Source: Candidatus Aenigmatarchaeota archaeon (GTDB lineage: Archaea; Aenigmatarchaeota; Aenigmatarchaeia; QMZP01; QMZT01). From it: DNA of 64,000 nucleotides. Where the stretch lies: contig CAVSBQ010000002.1 in NCBI GenBank assembly GCA_963726265.1, positions 416,001 through 480,000 of the forward strand. The letters run 5' to 3'. The stretch's first letter is position 1. Each line of letters starts with the position of its first letter. This document shows, piece after piece, positions 1-8,915 of this stretch. The translations under genes and the position numbers were made by a program. The notes beneath the pieces were generated by a model. The model was not told the origin of the DNA. It did no database searches and saw only the letters and a list, made by a program, of their open reading frames with translations.

Positions 1-489
1 CACATCCTCCCCGAAGCTCAGGTCGATGATGTCCGAGTTCTCGCTCAGCAGCCTGCATATGTCCGTCGTGTTGGTTGCGTCCACGCCAGTGTCAACATCT
101 GCATAATTTGAAACGCACAGTCCGCCTGAAATGGAATTCGAAACTCCGAGCTCATCCGAGGAAAGGCTTATGCTGTAAAAGGAGAATTCCCCTTCCTGCT
201 TATCCGAATAATAAAAGCACACCGGGTTTTTGTTCAGGATGCCGGGCGTCATTACGACGCGGCTGTAGGTCGTGTCCACCCATGGGTTGCTGCTCCTGTC
301 GGCCTGTATTATGGTCTCGGATTCCCTGTCGACGCTGCTAAGGCCGAGGTCCTGTGGCAGGTTGATGTAAACGCATTTGTAATCTGCGCCCGGCTCTGCG
401 GAAAATATCAGGCCGCTGTCAAGCGCGTTCGCGACACAGGCGAACGCCAGAAACGTCAGGAAAAGCGCGGCGAAGGGCAAAATCCTCAT
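1..489 (-). CDS. Secreted/surface protein, 3' part outside window
   Basis: Read manually: MRILPFAALFLTFLAFACVANALDSG... signal peptide, open to window edge; TATA-like TTTATATC ~20 nt upstream. Confidence 0.75.
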   Translation of the reverse strand, partial: MRILPFAALFLTFLAFACVANALDSGLIFSAEPGADYKCVYINLPQDLGLSSVDRESETIIQADRSSNPWVDTTYSRVVMTPGILNKNPVCFYYSDKQEGEFSFYSISLSSDELGVSNSISGGLCVSNYADVDTGVDATNTTDICRLLSENSDIIDLSFGEDV

Positions 490-630
490 ATATTCTAATT
501 GTTATGGGGGATATAAATTGCAGCCATTCGCAGATGGCGCTGGCATCGGGCTGCGGCTGCGAGCAGACCTTCGTGAGTGCAAAGCCTGAGTGCAACACAA
601 CTTTATAAATTTTATTCATATATTTCAATA

Positions 631-966
631 ATGCCTGAAAATCTCGACGGCTTCGTGTCCCCGAGGAGAATGCCCGCCTACGAAAAGAGGATAGCTGAAA
701 TAACCAAAAGCGACGTGCGCGTGCGCCTGCTGGGCACGGTCATCGACATAAACGACAACGTGGTAGTGCTCGACGACGGAACCGGCAAAATCAATGTCGT
801 CTTCAACGAACCTGTCGAAGCCGGAACGAACAGCATCGTGCGCGTGTTCGGCAGGGTCATGCCAGCGGAGGACGGCTTCGAAATCGATGGCGAAATACTT
901 CAGGATATGAAAGGCGTCGATGTCGCTCTCTACAGGAAGGCCGCCGATCTGGAGAGAAGCTTATAA
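631..966 (+). CDS. Replication protein A small subunit (RPA14/RPA3-like OB fold)
   Basis: RVRLLGTV...LDDGTG...VRVFGRV OB-fold pattern; next to PCNA; ATG 631 follows TTTATAAA. Confidence 0.75.
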   Translation: MPENLDGFVSPRRMPAYEKRIAEITKSDVRVRLLGTVIDINDNVVVLDDGTGKINVVFNEPVEAGTNSIVRVFGRVMPAEDGFEIDGEILQDMKGVDVALYRKAADLERSL

Positions 967-1005
967 GATTTTGAAGCAACTTAAGTTTGTGTGGAGGTGT
1001 GTGAG

Positions 1006-1755
1006 ATGTTCAAGATAACTTTGGGGGATGCGGATCTGCTTAAGAATTCAATACCGATAATTGCGGAGATTATAGACGAAGGAGTATTCAAGGTGGACGC
1101 GAAAGGGTTATCGCTCATCTCGCCGGACAGGAGCATGATAGCGCTTGTCGATTTCCAACTCCTGTCGACCGCATTCGAGGATTTCAAGGTGACGGGCGAG
1201 AACATGCTCGGCCTCAACCTAGAGAACCTCGTCGCCGTCATAAAGAGGATAAAGACGGGGGAAAAGGTCGTTCTTACGAAGGAAGACGGCTCGAACATCC
1301 TTGAAGTCGTCATGAAGGGCAAGGGAACGAGGAAGTTCGAAATCCCGCTGCTGAACATCTCGACGGAGAAGCCGCCTCTGGACCAGCTCAAGTTCAAGGG
1401 CAAGATAGAAGTCGACGCCAGAGTGCTTGAAGAGGGCATAACGGACGCGGACATAGTCGACGACTCCATCGTGTTCGAAAGCGAGCCGCATTTCTTCAAG
1501 ATATGGGCCAAGGGCGACATGAACTCGTCCCAGCTCGAGCTGAAGAAAGGCGAGGAAGGCCTCGATAAGATCGAGGTCCACGAGCCCATGAGGTCGCGCT
1601 ACCCGCTTGAATACCTGAAGAAAATGATGAAGGCCTCGAAGTTCTCGGACAAGGTCCTTCTGGAATTCTCGAACGACTATCCGCTGAAGCTGATCTTCAA
1701 GGACATCGACAAGATACATCTTTCATTTGTCCTTGCGCCGCGCGTCGAGGAGTAG
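1006..1755 (+). CDS. pcn: DNA sliding clamp PCNA
   Basis: N-terminal MFK..., DRSMIALVDF, YPLEYLKK, C-terminal FVLAPRVEE; GGAGGTG RBS. Confidence 0.97.
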   Translation: MFKITLGDADLLKNSIPIIAEIIDEGVFKVDAKGLSLISPDRSMIALVDFQLLSTAFEDFKVTGENMLGLNLENLVAVIKRIKTGEKVVLTKEDGSNILEVVMKGKGTRKFEIPLLNISTEKPPLDQLKFKGKIEVDARVLEEGITDADIVDDSIVFESEPHFFKIWAKGDMNSSQLELKKGEEGLDKIEVHEPMRSRYPLEYLKKMMKASKFSDKVLLEFSNDYPLKLIFKDIDKIHLSFVLAPRVEE

Positions 1756-1772
1756 TTTACGCGGCTCCGGCT

Positions 1773-1961
1773 CTAGTGAATAATAGAAGTTATAAAAAGC
1801 ATTGCCAGGCCTATTATCACAAGGATTATGCCAAGCCAGAACACGATCGGCGCCGTGAAGAACGCGATCGCGAGGTAAGCGCCCAGGACCAGGAAGATGA
1901 AGCCGAGAATCGCGGTCGCCCAGAGCGGCATCAGGCCTTTTTGGCCCAGACTTTTGTCCAT
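1773..1961 (-). CDS. Small two-TM membrane protein
   Basis: Two hydrophobic segments, 62 aa. Confidence 0.6.
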   Translation of the reverse strand: MDKSLGQKGLMPLWATAILGFIFLVLGAYLAIAFFTAPIVFWLGIILVIIGLAMLFITSIIH

Positions 1962-2012
1962 GTTTATCTTTTGAGCGCGAACCAATAAAAATACCAGAAA
2001 CATAGATAATTT

Positions 2013-2564
2013 ATGGATTTTGCGCGCGTGCTCAAGACAGGTGCAGCCGCCGGCGCCATCTACGGCGTCCTGCAGGGCATAGTTGCCGTCCTGTCTTTCG
2101 TTTTCTACAGGGAGCAGATAATAGAGGTGATGAGGGCAGCGATACCATCTGGCGTCAACATAGGCATGACCATGGACCAGCTCGCAAACATCAGCATGAT
2201 GACTGCGATACCGGGCTCGGTTATAGGCGGCATAATATCGGGCATAATCGTGAGCTTCATTTTTTCGCTGATGTACGGGGAGCTCATGGGGAAGGATTCG
2301 AGAAGGAAGGGCATTTTCCTGTGCATCCTCCTGACGATAGGCGTAGTGCTCGGCGAACTCGCATACCCCGGAGGCTTCGTGGGCAGCATACTGCTCATCC
2401 AGACAGGATATCTCATGCTCGCCCCGCTCAGCATCGCATTCTTCTTATGCCTCGGCTACCTCACGGGCATTTTCTACGACAGGTTCGAAGACAGCAAACA
2501 TAGGAAAAAGGCAGCGGAATGCAAGCCGGACGAGGAAAAGGAAAAGTCCCACAAGAAAAAATAA
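2013..2564 (+). CDS. Hypothetical multi-pass membrane protein
   Basis: About 4 hydrophobic segments, charged C-terminal tail. Confidence 0.7.
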   Translation: MDFARVLKTGAAAGAIYGVLQGIVAVLSFVFYREQIIEVMRAAIPSGVNIGMTMDQLANISMMTAIPGSVIGGIISGIIVSFIFSLMYGELMGKDSRRKGIFLCILLTIGVVLGELAYPGGFVGSILLIQTGYLMLAPLSIAFFLCLGYLTGIFYDRFEDSKHRKKAAECKPDEEKEKSHKKK

Positions 2565-2580
2565 ACCGGCAATGTAATAA

Positions 2581-2598
2581 AAAAATCAATTTATAAAC
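2581..2598 (+). promoter_or_regulatory. BRE/TATA promoter for the tRNA-iMet/endonuclease locus
   Basis: AAAAATCAATTTATAAA ~25 nt upstream of AGCGGGGTGGAG at 2623. Confidence 0.6.
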
Positions 2599-2622
2599 AC
2601 TCCTCTTTATAAAATATAACAC

Positions 2623-2634
2623 AGCGGGGTGGAG
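2623..2634 (+). repeat. Isolated copy of tRNA-iMet nucleotides 1-12 (AGCGGGGTGGAG), doubling as RBS of the endonuclease
   Basis: Exact match to the spliced 5' end of the tRNA at 3207-3303; its GGAG ends 5 nt before ATG 2640. Confidence 0.85.
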
Positions 2635-2639
2635 AAATA

Positions 2640-3224
2640 ATGACACTGAATAAAATATTTTTAGAAAATTTAACGGAAACTGAAAAGGGATATATTATCG
2701 GTTTGTTTATTGGAGATGGCTATTCTTATTATGATAAAAAACATAGACATTATACAATTGAATTTTATTTGAATTCAGAACGCAACAAGAAAATACAAAA
2801 ACAATTAATTTTCTTATTGGAAAAAATTGGATTGAAGTGTTTTGTTTTAAAGGACAAGAGGTTTAATTGCAATAGAATAAGAGTTTATTCAAAACATCTA
2901 GTTAACTTTTTGAATTCATCTGTGATAAGAAATTGTAAAATCGATTTCGGTATTGGTTATGTATCAGGTATTATAGATTCTGAAGGCTATGTAAATCATG
3001 AAAAAAGTTTTGTTAATGTAGTTAGCACAAACAAAGACGTATTGAAAAATTGCAAGAATATTTTGAAAAAATTTAAAATTGAAGCTAAAATTAGAAATAG
3101 AAAAAAATCTAGCAAAGATAAAAAGAAATCTTATATATTACACATATCATACAAGATTAAAGATATAAAGTTAAATTCGATTAAGATGAACAGCGGGGCA
3201 ATGCTTAGCGGGGATTGTCTTTGA
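2640..3224 (+). CDS. LAGLIDADG homing endonuclease (two-motif)
   Basis: Motifs GYIIGLFIGDGY and GYVSGIIDSEGY; very AT-rich versus flanks; no Hint/extein context. Confidence 0.9.
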   Translation: MTLNKIFLENLTETEKGYIIGLFIGDGYSYYDKKHRHYTIEFYLNSERNKKIQKQLIFLLEKIGLKCFVLKDKRFNCNRIRVYSKHLVNFLNSSVIRNCKIDFGIGYVSGIIDSEGYVNHEKSFVNVVSTNKDVLKNCKNILKKFKIEAKIRNRKKSSKDKKKSYILHISYKIKDIKLNSIKMNSGAMLSGDCL

Positions 3225-3303
3225 GACAACCGCAATGGAGCAGCCTGGAGTGCTCGCTGGGCCCATAACCCAGAGGTCGATGGTTCAAATCCATCCCCCG
3301 CTA
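3207..3303 (+). tRNA. tRNA-iMet(CAT) with 22-nt intron 3214-3235 at position 7/8
   Basis: Spliced AGCGGGG|TGGAGCAGCCTGGAGTGCTCGCTGGGCCCATAACCCAGAGGTCGATGGTTCAAATCCATCCCCCGCTA; A1-U72 and three G-C pairs in the anticodon stem indicate initiator; BHB: GCGG/CCGC helix, bulges GG^A and AA^T. Confidence 0.92.
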
Positions 3304-3335
3304 TAATATTTTATAATATTCCATCAGGTGGTCGT

Positions 3336-3665
3336 CTGAAGTGGCTGTTGCTTCTGATCGCAGGCATTATTCTTGTTTCCGGGTGCGTTCAGACGCAGCA
3401 GGCTTCGCAGGATATTTCCGAGCAGGCGAAAGAGAAATGCATCGGGATATGCATGACTATCAGCTCCGACCTTTCGGGCAGAAGCCCATGCCTTTCCGAC
3501 AACAATTCCGAATGGAACATAAGCGGCTGGGTCTGCGACGTCGCGCATTCGCCGAGGCAGGCGATGGATGACCTGCCAGAGAACCAGTGCAGCGAATTCC
3601 GCGAGGGGAAGGCGAGCCATTTCGTCGAAGTCGATGCGGCCTGCGAATTCATACGCGCCGTATGA
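3336..3665 (+). CDS. Small Cys-rich lipoprotein (start probably CTG 3336 or TTG 3348)
   Basis: KWLLLLIAGIILVSGC lipobox-like; several further Cys; GGTGG RBS before CTG. Confidence 0.7.
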   Translation: MKWLLLLIAGIILVSGCVQTQQASQDISEQAKEKCIGICMTISSDLSGRSPCLSDNNSEWNISGWVCDVAHSPRQAMDDLPENQCSEFREGKASHFVEVDAACEFIRAV

Positions 3666-3679
3666 GGCGCTTCTGGATT

Positions 3680-4702
3680 CTAGAGATTCTTGGCGTATTC
3701 GAGCGCGAGCTGGAAGTAGAGCTTCGCCGTGTTCCTCGCCTCGTCCTTCTCGTAGTCGAAGACGTGCGGGTCGCTTAGCCTGAAGCCGACGACTTTGCCC
3801 CTCACATACGCCCTGTAGCACCTGTAGAAGTCGAGCAGTTTCGTCACCTCGCTGTCGCCGCTCTCCTGCATGTATTTTTTCACGAAATAGTCCGAGAAGA
3901 ATTTCCTGTGGCGGAAGTCGAGGTCCATCGAGAGGAACGCGACGTCATTCGCTACGTCAGAGCAGGCGAAGCGCTCGTTGAACTCTATCGCGTCGAAGAT
4001 GTAGACCTTCCCTCCGACGATGAATATGTTGCCCGAGTGCAGGTCGCCGTGGCACCATTTGACAAAGCCATCCTTAAGGCGCCTGTCGAAGAGCGGCCTG
4101 TTCTTATCCATGAATTCCGTGACCTTCGCTTTTATCGCATCGTACGCTTTCGCATCGATGGTCTTACCTACGAAAGCGAGAGTCTGGCTGAAGTTCTCCT
4201 TCCAGTTGAATTTCACCGTGTCCAGCGAGCCGACGGAACCCGGCAGCTTGAAGGTCTGCGTCCTGGCATAAAAGTCGGTGATGATGTCCACGATTTTGTC
4301 CATTACCTCGGTCGTCACCTCGTTCCTGTCCAGGAGCCTGTCCATCAGCTTCTCCTGCGGGAACTGCCTCATCTTGATGGCGTATTCTATGGCCTGGCCC
4401 TTCCCGTTTATCTTTATGGCGTCATCGGCCATATTGACAGGCACGACGCCCACATACATTTCCGGCGAGAAGAGCCGGTTTATCTCCAGCTCGCGCTTAC
4501 AAAAGCGCCTGCGCTTTTCCAGAGTGGTGTAGTCGAGGAAGCCGAAATCGACCGGCTTCTTAATCTTGTAGGCGAAATCTCCCGCGAGGAAGATCCATGA
4601 AATGTGGGTCTGCACCATCTTTATCTCGTTTTCATCCACGGGCTCGTCATACGCCCTCGGAGTTTTCATGGCTGCGAGCAGCTGGTCGGTCTGGCCTGGC
4701 AT
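3680..4702 (-). CDS. APH-like phosphotransferase (Rv2004c N-terminal-domain type)
   Basis: QTHISW, AYKIKKPV, CHGDLHSGNIF, DAIEFNERF motifs. Confidence 0.85.
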   Translation of the reverse strand: MPGQTDQLLAAMKTPRAYDEPVDENEIKMVQTHISWIFLAGDFAYKIKKPVDFGFLDYTTLEKRRRFCKRELEINRLFSPEMYVGVVPVNMADDAIKINGKGQAIEYAIKMRQFPQEKLMDRLLDRNEVTTEVMDKIVDIITDFYARTQTFKLPGSVGSLDTVKFNWKENFSQTLAFVGKTIDAKAYDAIKAKVTEFMDKNRPLFDRRLKDGFVKWCHGDLHSGNIFIVGGKVYIFDAIEFNERFACSDVANDVAFLSMDLDFRHRKFFSDYFVKKYMQESGDSEVTKLLDFYRCYRAYVRGKVVGFRLSDPHVFDYEKDEARNTAKLYFQLALEYAKNL

Positions 4703-4778
4703 ACTATTATTTTTTATATCAAGAATTATATAAAATGTAGATTGACTGTCATATTGACATGTATAATGGTGATTGGTT

Positions 4779-6029
4779 ATGAGCAAGGTTAAGGATGCGA
4801 AGCTGGCGGAAGAAGGGAGGATGAAGATAAGGTGGGCGGAAGACCACATGCCCGTTCTCACCAGCATAAGGAAGCGCTTCGCAAAGGAGAAGCCGCTGAA
4901 AGGCCTGACCATCGCATGCTGCCTGCACGTGACGAAGGAAACCGCAGTCCTAGCCAGGACGCTTAAGGCAGGAGGCGCGGACGTCTACCTTTGCGGCTCG
5001 AACCCGCTCAGCACGCAGGACGACGTTTCAGCCGCCCTCGTCAGCGACGGCATAAACGTATTCGCCTGGCGGGGCGTTACGAATGACGAGTATTACTGGT
5101 GCATAGACCAGGTGCTTGATGCCAAACCGAACATCACCATGGACGACGGCGGCGACCTCGTCACACGAATAATTTCAAAGAGGCCGGAGCTGCTAAAGAA
5201 TGTCGTGGCAGGAACGGAGGAGACGACGACCGGCGTGATACGCTTCCGCGCCATGGAAAGGGACGGCGTCCTGAAATATCCGATAATAGCTGTAAATGAT
5301 GCCTACACGAAACACCTGTTTGACAACCGCTACGGCACCGGCCAGTCCACCATAGACGGCATCATGCGCGCAACGTCCGTTCTCATCTCTGGCAAGAATT
5401 TCGTCGTTTCGGGTTACGGCTGGTGCTCGCGTGGGATAGCCATGCGCGCAAGGGGCATGGGAGCGAACGTCATAGTGACGGAAGTCGACCCGCTGAAGGC
5501 GCTGGAAGCAGTGATGGACGGCTTCAGCGTGATGGCGCTGCTTGATGCGGCAAAGGTCGGCGACATATTCGTGACGGCGACGGGCTGCAAGGACATAATC
5601 AGGAAGGAACATATTTCAAAAATGAAGAATGGCGCGATTCTTGCGAACTCGGGCCATTTCGACGCCGAGATAAACAAGAAGGACCTCCAGGCGCTTACGA
5701 AGTCGAAGCAGGTCATAAGGCCGAACGTGGAGGAGATCACCCTGAAAAACGGCAAGAAAGTTTATTTCCTTGCGGAGGGCAGGCTTGTCAACCTCGCCGC
5801 CGCAGAAGGCCATCCCAGCGAAGTGATGGACATGAGCTTCGCCAACCAGGCCTTGTCTGCAGAATACATAGTAAGGAACAAAGGCAAGCTCGCCGCTAAG
5901 GTTTACGGCGTACCTGAAGACATCGACAGGAACATCGCAAAGCTTAAGCTTGAATCTATGAGCGTGAAAATCGACGCGCTCACGCCGGAGCAGAAGCGCT
6001 ATCTCTCCGACTGGAAAGAAGGGACCTGA
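4779..6029 (+). CDS. ahcY: Adenosylhomocysteinase
   Basis: [53 protein letters not shown]. Confidence 0.98.
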   Translation: MSKVKDAKLAEEGRMKIRWAEDHMPVLTSIRKRFAKEKPLKGLTIACCLHVTKETAVLARTLKAGGADVYLCGSNPLSTQDDVSAALVSDGINVFAWRGVTNDEYYWCIDQVLDAKPNITMDDGGDLVTRIISKRPELLKNVVAGTEETTTGVIRFRAMERDGVLKYPIIAVNDAYTKHLFDNRYGTGQSTIDGIMRATSVLISGKNFVVSGYGWCSRGIAMRARGMGANVIVTEVDPLKALEAVMDGFSVMALLDAAKVGDIFVTATGCKDIIRKEHISKMKNGAILANSGHFDAEINKKDLQALTKSKQVIRPNVEEITLKNGKKVYFLAEGRLVNLAAAEGHPSEVMDMSFANQALSAEYIVRNKGKLAAKVYGVPEDIDRNIAKLKLESMSVKIDALTPEQKRYLSDWKEGT

Positions 6030-6030
6030 T

Positions 6031-6978
6031 TCATTTTCCGTAAAGCTCTTTTCCAACGGTCGAAAGCATGCCGAGGCCTTTGACCTCGTTCTTGTAAAGC
6101 GGTATCTGGAGGATTTCCAAACCCCTGAACTTGCCGCGTATTTCCCTGAGCCGCTCCTGCTGGATTCTTCGTCGCTCGCTGCAGAAGGGGCATTTCCTGT
6201 TGTCCGGAATGAGCTGGTTGACGAAGACCGCGTTCACGAGTATGCCGTATTCGGCCAGTATCTTGACCGAGCGCTCTGACTCGTATATGCTCATGGCCTC
6301 GGGTATCATGACCAGGTTGAAGCGCGTCCTCTTCCTGTCGCCGAGGATTTTTCTTGCCTCGGCTATGCGCTTTTTCATCAGCTCGAGTTCCTCCGTCCCG
6401 AATTTCGTTTCCTTGCCTTCCTCGCCGAAGGGCAGCATCTTCTTGAACATGCCCATGACGCCCGCGAGCTTCAGGCGTATGTTTATCATCTTGCCGACCC
6501 AGGAATCGAGCAGGTCAGGAAGCGAGAGGAAGCGTATGGTGTGGCCGAAGGGCGCGGTATCGAAAACGATGATGTCGTAATCCCTTGACTGCATGTATTG
6601 CAGGAACTTGTCAAACGCCGCTAGCTCGTCTATGCCCGGCGTGTTGCCGGCGAAGTCGAAGGCGTCGCCAAGGTCGAGGCCTTTCAGGAAATCAACGTTG
6701 TCAAGCTTGGGCGCTATCTTATTCTTGTATTCGGCCATCGCCTTCTTGGGGTCTATCTCAACCGCGAAAAGGTTCTTGCTTACCCCGATGATGTCGCCGC
6801 CTATGCTCTTCTCAAACGAGTCGGAAAGCGAATGCGCGGGGTCCGTAGATATTATCAGGGTCTTTTTGCCACGGCCTGCGAAATGCAGCGCCGTCGCCGC
6901 GGCTATGCTTGTCTTGCCCACGCCGCCCTTGCCGGCGAAAAGATAGAACTGCGTTTCCTTTTTACCCAGGTGCACCAT
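6031..6978 (-). CDS. Get3/TRC40/ArsA family ATPase
   Basis: GKGGVGKT, STDPAHSLSD, DTAPFGH, CPFC, Met-rich helical insert. Confidence 0.93.
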   Translation of the reverse strand: MVHLGKKETQFYLFAGKGGVGKTSIAAATALHFAGRGKKTLIISTDPAHSLSDSFEKSIGGDIIGVSKNLFAVEIDPKKAMAEYKNKIAPKLDNVDFLKGLDLGDAFDFAGNTPGIDELAAFDKFLQYMQSRDYDIIVFDTAPFGHTIRFLSLPDLLDSWVGKMINIRLKLAGVMGMFKKMLPFGEEGKETKFGTEELELMKKRIAEARKILGDRKRTRFNLVMIPEAMSIYESERSVKILAEYGILVNAVFVNQLIPDNRKCPFCSERRRIQQERLREIRGKFRGLEILQIPLYKNEVKGLGMLSTVGKELYGK

Positions 6979-6999
6979 AACCAACCCCTCAAAGGCGAA

Positions 7000-7251
7000 T
7001 TACATGTTGAAAAGGAAAGTCCAGCTCACTATCCATACGAGGATGTACAGCAGCGCGCCGTTAGATACCCACCACTTGATGCCTTTTTTCTTCAGGGCGA
7101 ATTCTGTCGCATACCCTGTTATCAGAAGTATGATCACCATCGCGCCGAATGCGTAAAGGCCGTCAGCCAGCACGTGCGCGGCGTATCCCGCTGCTATCCC
7201 GGCGACCGTGTGGATCCCGAGCGAAACCCTCGAAGCCTTCAAATCATCCAT
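7000..7251 (-). CDS. Archaeal EMC6-like three-TM membrane protein
   Basis: 83 aa, 3 TMs, KKGIKWWVSNG...WIVSWTFLFN C-terminus as recalled for archaeal EMC6-like proteins. Confidence 0.6.
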   Translation of the reverse strand: MDDLKASRVSLGIHTVAGIAAGYAAHVLADGLYAFGAMVIILLITGYATEFALKKKGIKWWVSNGALLYILVWIVSWTFLFNM

Positions 7252-7539
7252 TTTATAGAATTTGTATGCGGGGTTTAAAGGATTTAATTAGAGTAATGTG
7301 AGTTGTCCTGTTTTTTGTGAGGGTTCGGGCTTCTTTTTTCTTTTTTTGATGATTCGTGGCTGAATTGGCTTGTATTTCTCTGGGGTGAATTAAAAATCCT
7401 GTTCTTATCTCTTTCCGGAAGCGGCATTATAAGTTGCTGGCAGTATAATCTTCTTTCGCTCACTATCTTCTCCCATTTTTTTGGCATCAAAACCCGTAGT
7501 TTTACGTAATATGCGGATATGCTTGATCCACGAAAATCA

Positions 7540-8072
7540 GCGAGGAAAAAAGAATGCGGCATCGAATTTTATATCTGTTATTCTAACATCTCCAATTCTC
7601 CGAGAAGCAAGCTCCGCATCACAGCAGCCTTCGCAATAATAATTTTCCGGTTCAATTGCATCGAAATAAATAAACCTCTCTCCCGTTTTTAAAGTCTATT
7701 GGTATTGTAATTTTTTCTGCGGGCTTGTTTTTGCACACGCTGCAATTATAGATAGGGTACAAAGTTGGTTCAATTTTCGAATTGTTCTTCCTTGTAACTC
7801 CTCCGAAAATATTTTTCAATACGGCGAAGTTCTTTTTCGTTTTTTGGTTTGTAAAATGAAAGATCAAGAAGCGGCGTATCATTGCCCTCTCTTCTTCGGA
7901 TAAACATTTTAAAAAGGATTGAGGATTTAAAATTTGCACCAAAGCCGTCTCAGCAAACGTTTGAGAGATCTGTATGTTTTCTGGGCCGATAAAGAGCTGC
8001 CTCTTCTATGCTAAGGTGTTTTATCCTTAAGCTGCTTCCGTATCCCTTCTCAAAGCCGATAATATAAATCAT
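7540..8072 (-). pseudogene. Fragmented hypothetical gene(s) with CxxC motifs
   Basis: ATG just after repeat copy 1 gives a 48-aa ORF; ORF 7652-7942 (CSVC) and a CEGC-containing frame continue in other frames; AT-rich. Confidence 0.35.
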
Positions 8073-8075
8073 TCT

Positions 8076-8267
8076 TTAAGTCTTCTCGGAAGTATTTAAA
8101 TACTTTTTTACCCTCTAAAAGTAGTGATATTTTGTTAATGCCATTACTTTCTTCGATGGCGTCATCTTCTTGCGTCTATTCTTCAGCTTGTGCTTCTTTA
8201 TCTTTTTCCTTTTCCTTTTCCTTCCGCAGGGAATACGAATCACCTGTATTATATTTGCCTTTACATC
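8076..8267. repeat. Direct repeat copy 1 (~192 bp)
   Basis: Near-identical to 8916-9105. Confidence 0.95.
8115..8234 (-). pseudogene. bS22/AURKAIP1-COX24-like basic micro-protein, copy 1 (+1 frameshift near the end)
   Basis: (M/I)PCGRKRKRKKIKKHKLKNRRKKM... after GGTGA RBS. Confidence 0.6.
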
Positions 8268-8538
8268 ATAGAGGTTATCGATTATGACAAACTAAACTTC
8301 TCAGTTTAGCGTAAACTTTCCCTTTATCCATGATTCCATTCTCTATTTTCCGGATTGAACCTGCGAGTCTTACAGGATCATTATACTGAGGAAGGTAATC
8401 TGAAGCTTATATCCATGAGCTGTGCAACACTTGTACATATTTGATAAAAAAGATTTCGACCACTAGATCTTTGGATATCAACTTGCTCCTCTGCGCACGA
8501 ATCGAGCAAAACAGGCTTAGCTGAAGGATATGTCTGGT

Positions 8539-8913
8539 TTACCTTTCAGGAGCGCCTCTCCATATCTTTTCATCAGCATTAGGCTCGTAACGATAAGGCA
8601 AAGTCCACACCCTTGCTTCATTTCCGCAGGCCCCATACCTGCCCTCGCACTTGACATGAACTCCCAGTTGTTTTCCCAGCGCATTGTCAATTTCTTGGAT
8701 GCTTGCCAGATCATCATCGATTACAATATTTGTCCGTAATGTTCTATCTGGACGTGCCAGATAGCTATGAATATAGTTGAAACCGTCAAAGCCATCGAGC
8801 AAGGGCAGCTGAGCTAAAGAATACAACCGTGAGTCAGGCAATCTTTTTTCTTCCGCATCCTTCGCGTATTGGCCAAAATTTATCAAAACTATGGCCCTCG
8901 GATCGAATGACAT
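8539..8913 (-). CDS. Hypothetical protein, probably the 5' part of a frameshifted gene running towards ~8280
   Basis: ATG directly after repeat copy 2; downstream frames stay partly open. Confidence 0.45.
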   Translation of the reverse strand: MSFDPRAIVLINFGQYAKDAEEKRLPDSRLYSLAQLPLLDGFDGFNYIHSYLARPDRTLRTNIVIDDDLASIQEIDNALGKQLGVHVKCEGRYGACGNEARVWTLPYRYEPNADEKIWRGAPER

Positions 8914-8915
8914 GC

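Noticed and set aside
2640..3224. LAGLIDADG ORF as part of an intein or group I intron
   Set aside because: No Hint motifs or flanking extein; no room for a group I core around the ORF
3192..3235. tRNA 5' exon at the AGCGGGG copy at 3192
   Set aside because: No inner helix forms; the 3207 copy gives a better BHB
4703..4912. Extended N-terminus of the phosphotransferase in the ORF track
   Set aside because: Overlaps ahcY and the promoter region; ATG 4702 fits better
6031..6978. Arsenite-pump ArsA
   Set aside because: Single domain, Get3-like insert, no arsB/arsR/arsD nearby
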